The notes under the pieces were generated by a model, which made no database searches, was not told the origin of the DNA, and saw only the letters and a program-made list of their open reading frames with translations. Of a stretch of 33,789 bases of DNA, positions 17,338-24,039 are shown piece by piece. The stretch is from a virus. Its lineage: Duplodnaviria > Caudoviricetes. The stretch is from positions 1-33,789 of IMG/VR virus record IMGVR_UViG_3300034341_000032. One strand, written 5' to 3'. The first letter of the stretch is position 1, and each line of letters starts with the position of its first letter. Made by a program: the position numbers and the translations under genes.

Positions 17338-18222
17338 TTATGATGTTAGTGGTGAAGCAACATGCCAGCTATTTAGTTTGAATACTTTGGCTAACTGATT
17401 CTGACGCAGACGTTGCGTGTTAGCTGGTGAATTAGATTCGTCTGTATGACTAGCCCAGTAGGTGCATGCATTGTACAATGCCCACTTGTTACCACCTAGC
17501 TTGGCTTTATCTGCATACCAGTAGCCCATCAGTCGCTCAAGCTGACGCTCATTCCATTTGAATGTGCTTGTCTTGTTGGGTGTGCGGCAAATGGCATGCT
17601 TGAAGAATCGTTCAGCCATATCATTATCTACGCTGGTTGACATCCAAGATTTGTATACATCTTTTGTATTTAGAAATGCCTCAAGCCCTGCTTGTATCTT
17701 GGCTGCACTGCCTTCTACATTGACATTGGTTGTGTGCTTTGCCCATGTATTAGCTACAGTGTCAGCATGTGTGCATCCATTGAGACACCATAAGCGCAAG
17801 CCGAATGCTGATTGCTGGAATGCCCAGCTACTATCGTATGAGTTAAAGAACTGCACGCGGAACCTTACATAGTCACCGACTGCTGGCTCCATTACTAGGT
17901 CAGCGAAGTCGATAGTGCCGCGCAGCTTGGCACCGTTATCAAAGATTTCAATTTTTGTATTGTAATCTTTAGATACATTCGACTGGCTAACAGCATCCAT
18001 GACTGAGTTAACTACATCGTCATGCTTGATTGCTTTGTACTTAGAGCCATGAACACCAAGCACTTCATTAGTATCTGTGCGTACAATGCAGCGAGCCATT
18101 GACTCAGGTACATTGTGATAGGTTGGGTCATTGTCTTTGATTGCTGCCAAGTTCCAAGTCTCTACTGGAAAAGACCAGCAATCTTCTACTAGGCTGTTGC
18201 CTATAACAGTTACTCCATCCAT
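17338..18222 (-). CDS. DUF932 (LGT_TIGR03299-like) protein
   Basis: VRTDTNEVLGV....Y...NSYDSS...RLWCLNG...KHT...GNKWALYNA.T...H motifs. Confidence 0.85.
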   Translation of the reverse strand: MDGVTVIGNSLVEDCWSFPVETWNLAAIKDNDPTYHNVPESMARCIVRTDTNEVLGVHGSKYKAIKHDDVVNSVMDAVSQSNVSKDYNTKIEIFDNGAKLRGTIDFADLVMEPAVGDYVRFRVQFFNSYDSSWAFQQSAFGLRLWCLNGCTHADTVANTWAKHTTNVNVEGSAAKIQAGLEAFLNTKDVYKSWMSTSVDNDMAERFFKHAICRTPNKTSTFKWNERQLERLMGYWYADKAKLGGNKWALYNACTYWASHTDESNSPANTQRLRQNQLAKVFKLNSWHVASPLTS

Positions 18223-18234
18223 TGTTAGTTCTCC

Positions 18235-18393
18235 TTATGAATGATGGCGCAGTATTACGCCGCTGATTATCACAACTAATGAGAACATCAGTAATGTGAT
18301 ATGAATGTAGAATCCTGCGTCAGTCACAGGATTCAATGCTGAACATATGATTGTCATCATAAATCCAATTCCGATTAAACTATTTGCGATCAT
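18235..18393 (-). CDS. Small two-TM membrane protein (52 aa)
   Basis: Start ATG 18393 behind AAGGAGAACTAAC; two hydrophobic segments. Confidence 0.7.
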   Translation of the reverse strand: MIANSLIGIGFMMTIICSALNPVTDAGFYIHITLLMFSLVVIISGVILRHHS

Positions 18394-18408
18394 GTTAGTT
18401 CTCCTTGT

Positions 18409-18450
18409 TGCATACTTGCAGTATAAACTATGTATTGCAGAGTGCAATAC
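18409..18450 (-). promoter_or_regulatory. Sigma70 promoter with operator dyads
   Basis: TTGCAC-16bp-TATACT on -; TGCA-N4-TGCA at 18409-18420; perfect dyad GTATTGCA-GAG-TGCAATAC at 18432-18450. Confidence 0.65.
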
Positions 18451-18624
18451 CTAATATTCAATATGTATGCCGTGGCGTGTGATGCTGCAATCATCATTGC
18501 ATTCATTATCAATTTGCTTTTGCTCATAGCAGCTATAGCAATACATATCATCTGCTTCTGGGCAATACACTGATGCGTTGCGTTGATCGCAAGTCGCGCA
18601 TTTACTCCGTCTAGTATAAAGCAT
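18451..18624 (-). CDS. Cys-rich B-box-like zinc-finger protein (57 aa; not in ORF track)
   Basis: GAAGGAG RBS; MLYTRRSKCATCDQRNASVYCPEADDMYCYSCYEQKQIDNECNDDCSITRHGIHIEY. Confidence 0.7.
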   Translation of the reverse strand: MLYTRRSKCATCDQRNASVYCPEADDMYCYSCYEQKQIDNECNDDCSITRHGIHIEY

Positions 18625-18781
18625 TTACATCTCCTTCACGGTTCCATTTCAGATACTGAAAGTTGGAATCGAATTTTCAAACACGAATTGTTTAAAGTCT
18701 GCCGCGCAAGTACTCAGCCGTGGCGTGTTCCCCCTGCGGGGTGCGGGGGGAGCGACTAGCGACACCCGCTGGATGGAACAT

Positions 18782-18813
18782 AAAAAAAGCTCCGCAGCCG
18801 AAGCTGCGAAGCT
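18782..18813 (-). terminator. Rho-independent terminator
   Basis: On -: AGCUUCGCAGC-UUCG-GCUGCGGAGCU followed by a U run; cUUCGg tetraloop; just after the stop at 18828. Confidence 0.92.
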
Positions 18814-18827
18814 GATGTGTCAGTTAC

Positions 18828-19244
18828 CTATGCTGACTTCTTCTTGAGTTGCTTGTACTGTGCGTCCAGTGCATCCATTGCACTCGCTGCTGCGGCTGAC
18901 TTCTGATGCTCATCAGGAAATAACTGCTGCGAACACTCGGTTAACAGTTGCTTTAGCAGTTCGTTGCATTCCAACTGTGTCTGCTGCCATTCGATGTCGC
19001 GGTTACGCTGTAGAATCTTGTCGTTATCAAGGACAACACCATGTTCTTTGTGTTCGATGTAGTCGTTAAGATTCTCATCTTGCAACTGCTCAATCTTCTT
19101 GTTCTTTGAGTTCGTGTTCCAGTCAACATCATTGATGAACTTGGTCACAAAATACTGAAGTGTTGATTGGTGTGTACGATCAGAAAGTGTGAAGACACGA
19201 TTGAGGTCTTGTGCGAAACCGTTTTTGTTTGATTGCTTAGTCAT
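18828..19244 (-). CDS. First early gene, helical/coiled-coil hypothetical protein (138 aa)
   Basis: Start ATG 19244 behind AAAGGAGAACTAA; has its own terminator. Confidence 0.8.
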   Translation of the reverse strand: MTKQSNKNGFAQDLNRVFTLSDRTHQSTLQYFVTKFINDVDWNTNSKNKKIEQLQDENLNDYIEHKEHGVVLDNDKILQRNRDIEWQQTQLECNELLKQLLTECSQQLFPDEHQKSAAAASAMDALDAQYKQLKKKSA

Positions 19245-19845
19245 CTTAGTTCTCCTTTGTGATACCGAGACCCTTCTCGGCTTATGCCCCATCCAGATCA
19301 TGGCTGTTATCAAAAGGCAAGTCAGGCTCGGGCGGCATTGGATGATCGCCTACAGCCCGCTTGCGCGATAGCGCATGATAAGCGCGGGCTGTTAGTCAGC
19401 TTATGAACAGATCGCCTCTATGCGATATGAGCATAAGCTGGCGTGGCGACCACCAATGGGCGAGACTTGCCTTTGGATGGCAGTTATGATGTGGATAATG
19501 GGGCTTGCCGAGAGGGGATCGGTATCTAGCAAACAAAGGAGAACGCGTAGATGACTTGCAATCAATTTACAAAAACGAGTGTAGCGCGAGGCATCAAGCG
19601 TGGCTTCACAATAGCTGATCCTTTCATTGGTGCTGTGTATTGGTGAAAATACCCATGTGTATTGAGCGTGTTTCATGCGCGATGTAACGTCCGTCAGTGA
19701 TGGGATCAACAGATCACATCTCTGTCGCAACGGCCATCTGGCGCATGAGTATGCCACGCTCATTGCCTTGTTGCTGCGATGTGTTGCAACGAGACAGTCG
19801 ATGCTACCCTTAGCAATCGACAAGCTAGTGGTTAGTGGCTAGGTG
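19145..19845 (+). other. Large strand-specific folded element (ncRNA or ssDNA structure)
   Basis: Imperfect inverted repeat 19145-19330/19461-19646 enclosing a two-hairpin Y, plus further hairpins to ~19845. Substitution mismatches in the aligned core are G.U or purine-purine on +. Confidence 0.8.
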
Positions 19846-19851
19846 TGTAAA

Positions 19852-19889
19852 TTGTGCGGTTGACAAGCCGAGAATAATTGACTGATAGT
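19852..19889 (+). promoter_or_regulatory. Putative late promoter for terS
   Basis: TTGTGCGG followed by consensus TTGACA at 19860-19865; variant of the TTGTGCGTTG motif; weak -10. Confidence 0.55.
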
Positions 19890-19913
19890 GGGGGGGGACA
19901 CACGGGGGGGCAG

Positions 19914-20285
19914 ATGACCGAGATTGTGAAGCTTACCGATAAACAGACTGCATTGGTGGATACACTTGTAGCAACAGGCTGTAGCATAACAGAAGCAGCA
20001 AAGCTTGCTGGGTACGCTGATGGCGAGTCCGGTAGAGTAAGTGCTAGCAAGGCTTTGCGGACAGGACATGTCCAGCAGTACATGATGCAACGGATAGGTG
20101 AGAGTATGGGTCTCAATGCTACGGTGGCTGCGGCTAAGATGCTGAACTTAGCAAGAGGAGCCAAGAGTGAGTACGTTCAGCTAGAAGCTAGTAAAGATAT
20201 CTTGGACAGGGCTGGCTTCAAGGCTCCGGACAAGCACATGCATTTGCATAAGGGTGATATTAGTGTCAGTATAGACTTGAGCTAG
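19914..20285 (+). CDS. terS: Terminase small subunit
   Basis: KLTDKQTALV..CSITEAAKLAGY HTH and SEYVQLEASKDILDRAG motif; first gene of the late arm. Start reassigned to ATG 19914. Confidence 0.8.
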   Translation: MTEIVKLTDKQTALVDTLVATGCSITEAAKLAGYADGESGRVSASKALRTGHVQQYMMQRIGESMGLNATVAAAKMLNLARGAKSEYVQLEASKDILDRAGFKAPDKHMHLHKGDISVSIDLS

Positions 20286-20426
20286 ATTCGCAATGCGAAT
20301 CGTTGCTCTGCGTGGGTGGGGTCCAAAAAAGAGGGCACGTGAATGGCAAGGTGTCCCTAACTCACATGATAGTTAAAAAAAGCTCGCAAGGTTTAGATTT
20401 ATTTTTTTTAGTCAGAGGTTCGTCTT

Positions 20427-20681
20427 ATGTGTGTAAGTAGTGGTGGTAGCGGGGCTAGTACAGATTATAAGGACACCAGTGAAGAGCCTATCGTTAGCAA
20501 GTACGAACTTACTGTTGAGCAGAAGAAAGAAAACAAGCGTCGCAAAAGCTTACTTGCTTCCAAGAAAAAGAAGTCTGGCGGTGATGGTGGTGATAACACA
20601 GACCTTGGTGCTGGCAGTAGCGGCAATTGGAATAGTGGACTTTCAACGCCTACTGCGAGTAGTGGAAACGTAATCACATGA
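20427..20681 (+). CDS. Small Gly/Lys-rich protein (MC-start)
   Basis: GAGG RBS; ATGA coupling to the next gene. Confidence 0.65.
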   Translation: MCVSSGGSGASTDYKDTSEEPIVSKYELTVEQKKENKRRKSLLASKKKKSGGDGGDNTDLGAGSSGNWNSGLSTPTASSGNVIT

Positions 20682-21019
20682 GCAAGACAGCAGCATGGCA
20701 GAGAAAAGAAGGTCAGAACCCAGCAGGTGGGTTGAACGCTGCCGGACGCGCATCTTACAAGGCACAAACAGGCGGCACACTCAAAGCCCCAGTGAAGGGC
20801 GGCGCAGACACGCCGCAGAAACTGAGGCGCAAAGGAAGTTTCTTGACACGCATGGGTTCCGCGAAGGGGCCACTAAAGGATGAGAAGGGCAGACCTACTC
20901 GTTTAAAGAAGGCATTGGTTGCGTGGGGTCACAGTGGTGACAAGGCTAGTGCTGTTTCAAAGGGTCGCTCACTTCTGAAGCGTTACCAGAACACAAAGAA
21001 AAGGAAAGCCAATGCCTAA
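20678..21019 (+). CDS. Highly basic phage protein (DUF6321-like)
   Basis: AWQRKEGQNPAGGLNAAGRASY..LKAPVK..RRKGSFLTRM..KGRPTRL..AL..W. Confidence 0.7.
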   Translation: MSKTAAWQRKEGQNPAGGLNAAGRASYKAQTGGTLKAPVKGGADTPQKLRRKGSFLTRMGSAKGPLKDEKGRPTRLKKALVAWGHSGDKASAVSKGRSLLKRYQNTKKRKANA

Positions 21020-21164
21020 TGTCGCTGGAAAAAGTTACGCCTACAATGCTGCTGGTAAGAAGAAAGCAAAGAAAGCCGCGCAGAGTTTACTCACTAAGCA
21101 ACAGAGAACGCTTCCGAAGGCTATCCAAGCCAGCATCGTTAAAAAGAAGATGGAGAAGGCATAA
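21012..21164 (+). CDS. Small Lys-rich protein (50 aa; not in ORF track)
   Basis: AAGGA RBS; MPNVAGKSYAYNAAGKKKAKKAAQSLLTKQQRTLPKAIQASIVKKKMEKA; TAATG coupling downstream. Confidence 0.75.
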   Translation: MPNVAGKSYAYNAAGKKKAKKAAQSLLTKQQRTLPKAIQASIVKKKMEKA

Positions 21165-21625
21165 TGGCTGACAAAGAATCACAGAAAAAAGGCGCGATCA
21201 AACCGTCTACTTTGTTAAAAACAGGCGGCACAAAAGATGGCGAAGGCAAAGACAATCCTACAGCCGGATTAGCTAAAAAATTATTTGCTGTAGAAACTCA
21301 GGCAGCAAAAGATTATGGAGTTTATAACAGCCCTGATTACGCTGGCTGGCGTAAAAGAAACAATCTTTCTAATACAAGTGGCGTTGGCGAAAAAGCAGAC
21401 AAGCTTCAAAAACAATTAGCGTCTAAAAATGTATCTATGTCCGATATAAATGCTGCAAACGCATTTATAAAAAAATGGCACACGCCCTTAGTTGGGTTAG
21501 ATAAGACTCGCGCAAAATCATTTAAAGAAGAGTCGGCAAAAGCAAAAAGAAAAATGCCATTCTCAAGCTCAATGGCTTTAGTTAATGTTGCTGCGAAAAA
21601 AGCAAGAGATGCTGCGAGGAAATAA
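21164..21625 (+). CDS. Lys/Ala-rich hypothetical protein
   Basis: 153 aa, TAATG-coupled at both ends. Confidence 0.7.
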   Translation: MADKESQKKGAIKPSTLLKTGGTKDGEGKDNPTAGLAKKLFAVETQAAKDYGVYNSPDYAGWRKRNNLSNTSGVGEKADKLQKQLASKNVSMSDINAANAFIKKWHTPLVGLDKTRAKSFKEESAKAKRKMPFSSSMALVNVAAKKARDAARK

Positions 21626-21867
21626 TGACTAAGTATCAAAAACATGACGGTTCAGTCTATGAAGGCCCAGTTCTTGTTATGCCTGATGGACGCATTAAGT
21701 CTGGGGCTACACTAACTGCTGACTCTGTTCGCTTGTTTCCAGTGCCAGAGCGTTCACGAGATGCAGATGGTGGCTTTCAATCTGATGACCCTTCTACGCC
21801 AGAAATCAATGAAGCTTGGGAAGGTGGCAAAGCACCAATCAAAAAGAAAAGCAGAAAGAAAAAGTAA
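21625..21867 (+). CDS. Hypothetical protein with DDPSTPxxNEAW motif
   Basis: 80 aa, coupled at both ends, GAGGA RBS. Confidence 0.7.
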   Translation: MTKYQKHDGSVYEGPVLVMPDGRIKSGATLTADSVRLFPVPERSRDADGGFQSDDPSTPEINEAWEGGKAPIKKKSRKKK

Positions 21868-22034
21868 TGGCAGTTAATGCAGCGGGTAATTATACCAAGC
21901 CAACTATGCGTAAGTCTTTATTCAATCGCATCAAGGCTGGGAGCAAAGGCGGTTCAAGCGGTCAATGGTCTGCGCGTAAGGCTCAAATGCTTGCCAAAGC
22001 TTACAAAGCCAAAGGCGGGGGTTACACTTCGTGA
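21867..22034 (+). CDS. Basic protein, N-terminal half of DUF5872-like family (55 aa)
   Basis: NYTKPTMRK..IKAGSKGG..GQWSARKAQMLAK.YK..GGGY; start reassigned to 21867 (TAATG). Confidence 0.75.
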   Translation: MAVNAAGNYTKPTMRKSLFNRIKAGSKGGSSGQWSARKAQMLAKAYKAKGGGYTS

Positions 22035-22276
22035 AGAAGCCACAAAAATCTTTGATGAATTGGACAAAGCAAAAGTGGCGTACCAAGTCAGGTAAGCCAT
22101 CTACTCAAGGCTCAAAGGCCACTGGTGAGCGTTACTTGCCTGCCGCTGCTATAAAAGCTATGTCTAGCTCTCAGTATGCAGCGTCTTCCAAGAAGAAACG
22201 TGAAGACAAGTCAAAGGGCAAACAGTTTTCCAAGCAGCCTAAAGCCGCTGCTGCAATAGCAAAGAAATACAGATGA
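22031..22276 (+). CDS. Basic protein, C-terminal half of DUF5872-like family
   Basis: QKSL..WTKQKWRTKSGK..TGERYLP..AI; GTGA overlap. Confidence 0.75.
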   Translation: MKKPQKSLMNWTKQKWRTKSGKPSTQGSKATGERYLPAAAIKAMSSSQYAASSKKKREDKSKGKQFSKQPKAAAAIAKKYR

Positions 22277-22467
22277 GTTTTCTGCACACACTCAAAGTAG
22301 AAGAGCGTGACCTACTTCGCAAAATAGTGAAGAAAGTACACCTTGTTCACCACCCAGAAGAATTTTGTAATGACCGCGAGGCTGATAAAGTTATAACCAC
22401 AATTGGCCCAGAGGTTGTTGAACGCATGATTAAGTTCGGTAAGGACAACAAGGTTGACCAACTTTAA
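22273..22467 (+). CDS. Hypothetical protein preceding terL
   Basis: 64 aa, ATGA coupling. Confidence 0.7.
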   Translation: MSFLHTLKVEERDLLRKIVKKVHLVHHPEEFCNDREADKVITTIGPEVVERMIKFGKDNKVDQL

Positions 22468-23974
22468 TTACAAGCCTGACGGCAATGTGTTAAAACAATT
22501 TATGAAAGATGATAATTTCTTTCGTGGCATTCGTGGGCCAGTGGGTTCTGGTAAATCTGTTGGTTGTTGTGTCGAGGTGTTTCGCAGAGCCTTGATGCAA
22601 GAAAAAAACAAAGCTGGTTTACGCCGCAGCCGATGGGCAATTATTAGAAACACTAACCCACAATTGAGAACAACCACTATAAAAACTTGGCTTGACTGGT
22701 TTCCAGAAGAAGAGTGGGGCAAGTTTATGTGGTCGGTTCCATACACTCACTGGATTAAACAGGGTGATCTGGAACTAGAAGTAATCTTCCTAGCACTCGA
22801 TAGGCCCGAAGATGTCAAAAAGTTACTCTCCCTTGAACTCACTGGCATCTGGATTAATGAGGCTAGGGAGATACCTAAATCAATTATTGACGCATGTACT
22901 ATGCGTGTTGGTCGTTTCCCTTCTATGCGTGATGGTGGGCCTAGTTGGTCTGGGGTCATCGCTGATACTAATGCTCCTGAGGAAGATCACTGGTGGCCTA
23001 TCATGTCTGGTGAAGTTCCTGTGCCGGATCATATTCCGGTAGAGCAAGCGCGTATGCTTGTTAAGCCTGACAACTGGACATTTTATGTGCAACCATCTGG
23101 CATGATAGAAGAAACAGACAAGAATGGCTCTGTGCTTGATTATAAAGAAAATAAAAAAGCAGAAAACTGCAAGAACATGCTGAAGACTTATTACCCTAAT
23201 TTAATTAGGGGTAAGACAAAAAGCTGGATTGATGTATATGTAATGAATAAACTTGGCTCAATCCAAGAGGGCAAGCCAGTGTATCAAAGCTTTGTAAGCG
23301 AAACACACATAGCGACAGAAGAAATACCCATCGCTCATGGCGTTCCTTTGTACATTGGAATTGACTTTGGCCTTACGCCTGCCGCTGTGTTTGGGCAAAA
23401 AGTTAGAGGCAGATGGTTAATCCAATCAGAGATTGTAGCTATTGATATGGGGATTGTAAGGTTTGCAGAAGTGCTGCGCCAAGAGATTGCCACTAGATTT
23501 TCAAACCTAGATGTAAAAATATTTGGTGATCCGGCTGGTGACTTTCGCGCACAGACCGATGAAAGTACACCTTTTCAGATACTTAGGGGTGCTGGGCTAA
23601 GAGCAACACCTGCTCCAAGCAATTCTGTTGACCTTCGTCTTGAGGCTGTAGCTTCTTCATTGAACAAAATGGTTGAAGGCAAGCCAGCATTTTTAATTGA
23701 TAGACGTTGCCCAACACTTATTAAAGGCTTTGAAGGCGGGTATTGCTATCGGCGAATGCAAGTTTCTGGCGAACGATTTGATGACAAGCCTGATAAAAAC
23801 ATGTACTCACATATACATGACGCTCTTCAATATCTAATGCTTGGTGCTGGTGAGGGCAGAGCTTTAATATCTGGGCAAAAACCTTTAAGGGCATTCAATG
23901 CGAAGTCTGAATTTGATGTGTTTGCAAGAAAGCCAAAGCAGCAAAAGCGTCAAGGTCTTTGGGCAAGAATGTAA
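22454..23974 (+). CDS. terL: Terminase large subunit
   Basis: Walker A GPVGSGKS, Walker B IWINEARE, DTNAP, nuclease GIDFG, GDPAG and HIHDALQY; TTG start with AAGGA RBS. Confidence 0.93.
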   Translation: MTNFNYKPDGNVLKQFMKDDNFFRGIRGPVGSGKSVGCCVEVFRRALMQEKNKAGLRRSRWAIIRNTNPQLRTTTIKTWLDWFPEEEWGKFMWSVPYTHWIKQGDLELEVIFLALDRPEDVKKLLSLELTGIWINEAREIPKSIIDACTMRVGRFPSMRDGGPSWSGVIADTNAPEEDHWWPIMSGEVPVPDHIPVEQARMLVKPDNWTFYVQPSGMIEETDKNGSVLDYKENKKAENCKNMLKTYYPNLIRGKTKSWIDVYVMNKLGSIQEGKPVYQSFVSETHIATEEIPIAHGVPLYIGIDFGLTPAAVFGQKVRGRWLIQSEIVAIDMGIVRFAEVLRQEIATRFSNLDVKIFGDPAGDFRAQTDESTPFQILRGAGLRATPAPSNSVDLRLEAVASSLNKMVEGKPAFLIDRRCPTLIKGFEGGYCYRRMQVSGERFDDKPDKNMYSHIHDALQYLMLGAGEGRALISGQKPLRAFNAKSEFDVFARKPKQQKRQGLWARM

Positions 23975-23975
23975 A

Positions 23976-24012
23976 TTGTGCGTTGCGTTAATTGGTTAAT
24001 TGTGTTTATGCA
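23976..24012 (+). promoter_or_regulatory. Putative late promoter (TTGTGCGTTG)
   Basis: Exact motif at 23976-23985 in the intergenic gap, followed by an AT-rich spacer. Confidence 0.6.
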
Positions 24013-24039
24013 TAAATGATCTAATACAAGGAGATTAAC

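Noticed and set aside
11836-19244. Integrated prophage or lysogeny module
   Set aside because: No integrase, att-like flanks, host genes or divergent cI/cro pair; both HTH genes are co-directional.
19145-19646. N15-type telomere resolution site or invertible segment
   Set aside because: The arms are imperfect with strand-biased wobbles and a 130-nt structured centre, and no protelomerase or recombinase is present.
19401-19823. 140-aa ORF on - strand, and upstream extensions to 19313 and 19878
   Set aside because: No RBS, atypical composition, and it lies within the structured element; better starts with RBSs exist at 19244 and 19914.
19274-19874. 10-bp inverted match TTCTCGGCTT (19274) / AAGCCGAGAA (19865)
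   Set aside because: One such match is not unexpected by chance in ~750 bp, and there is no further support.
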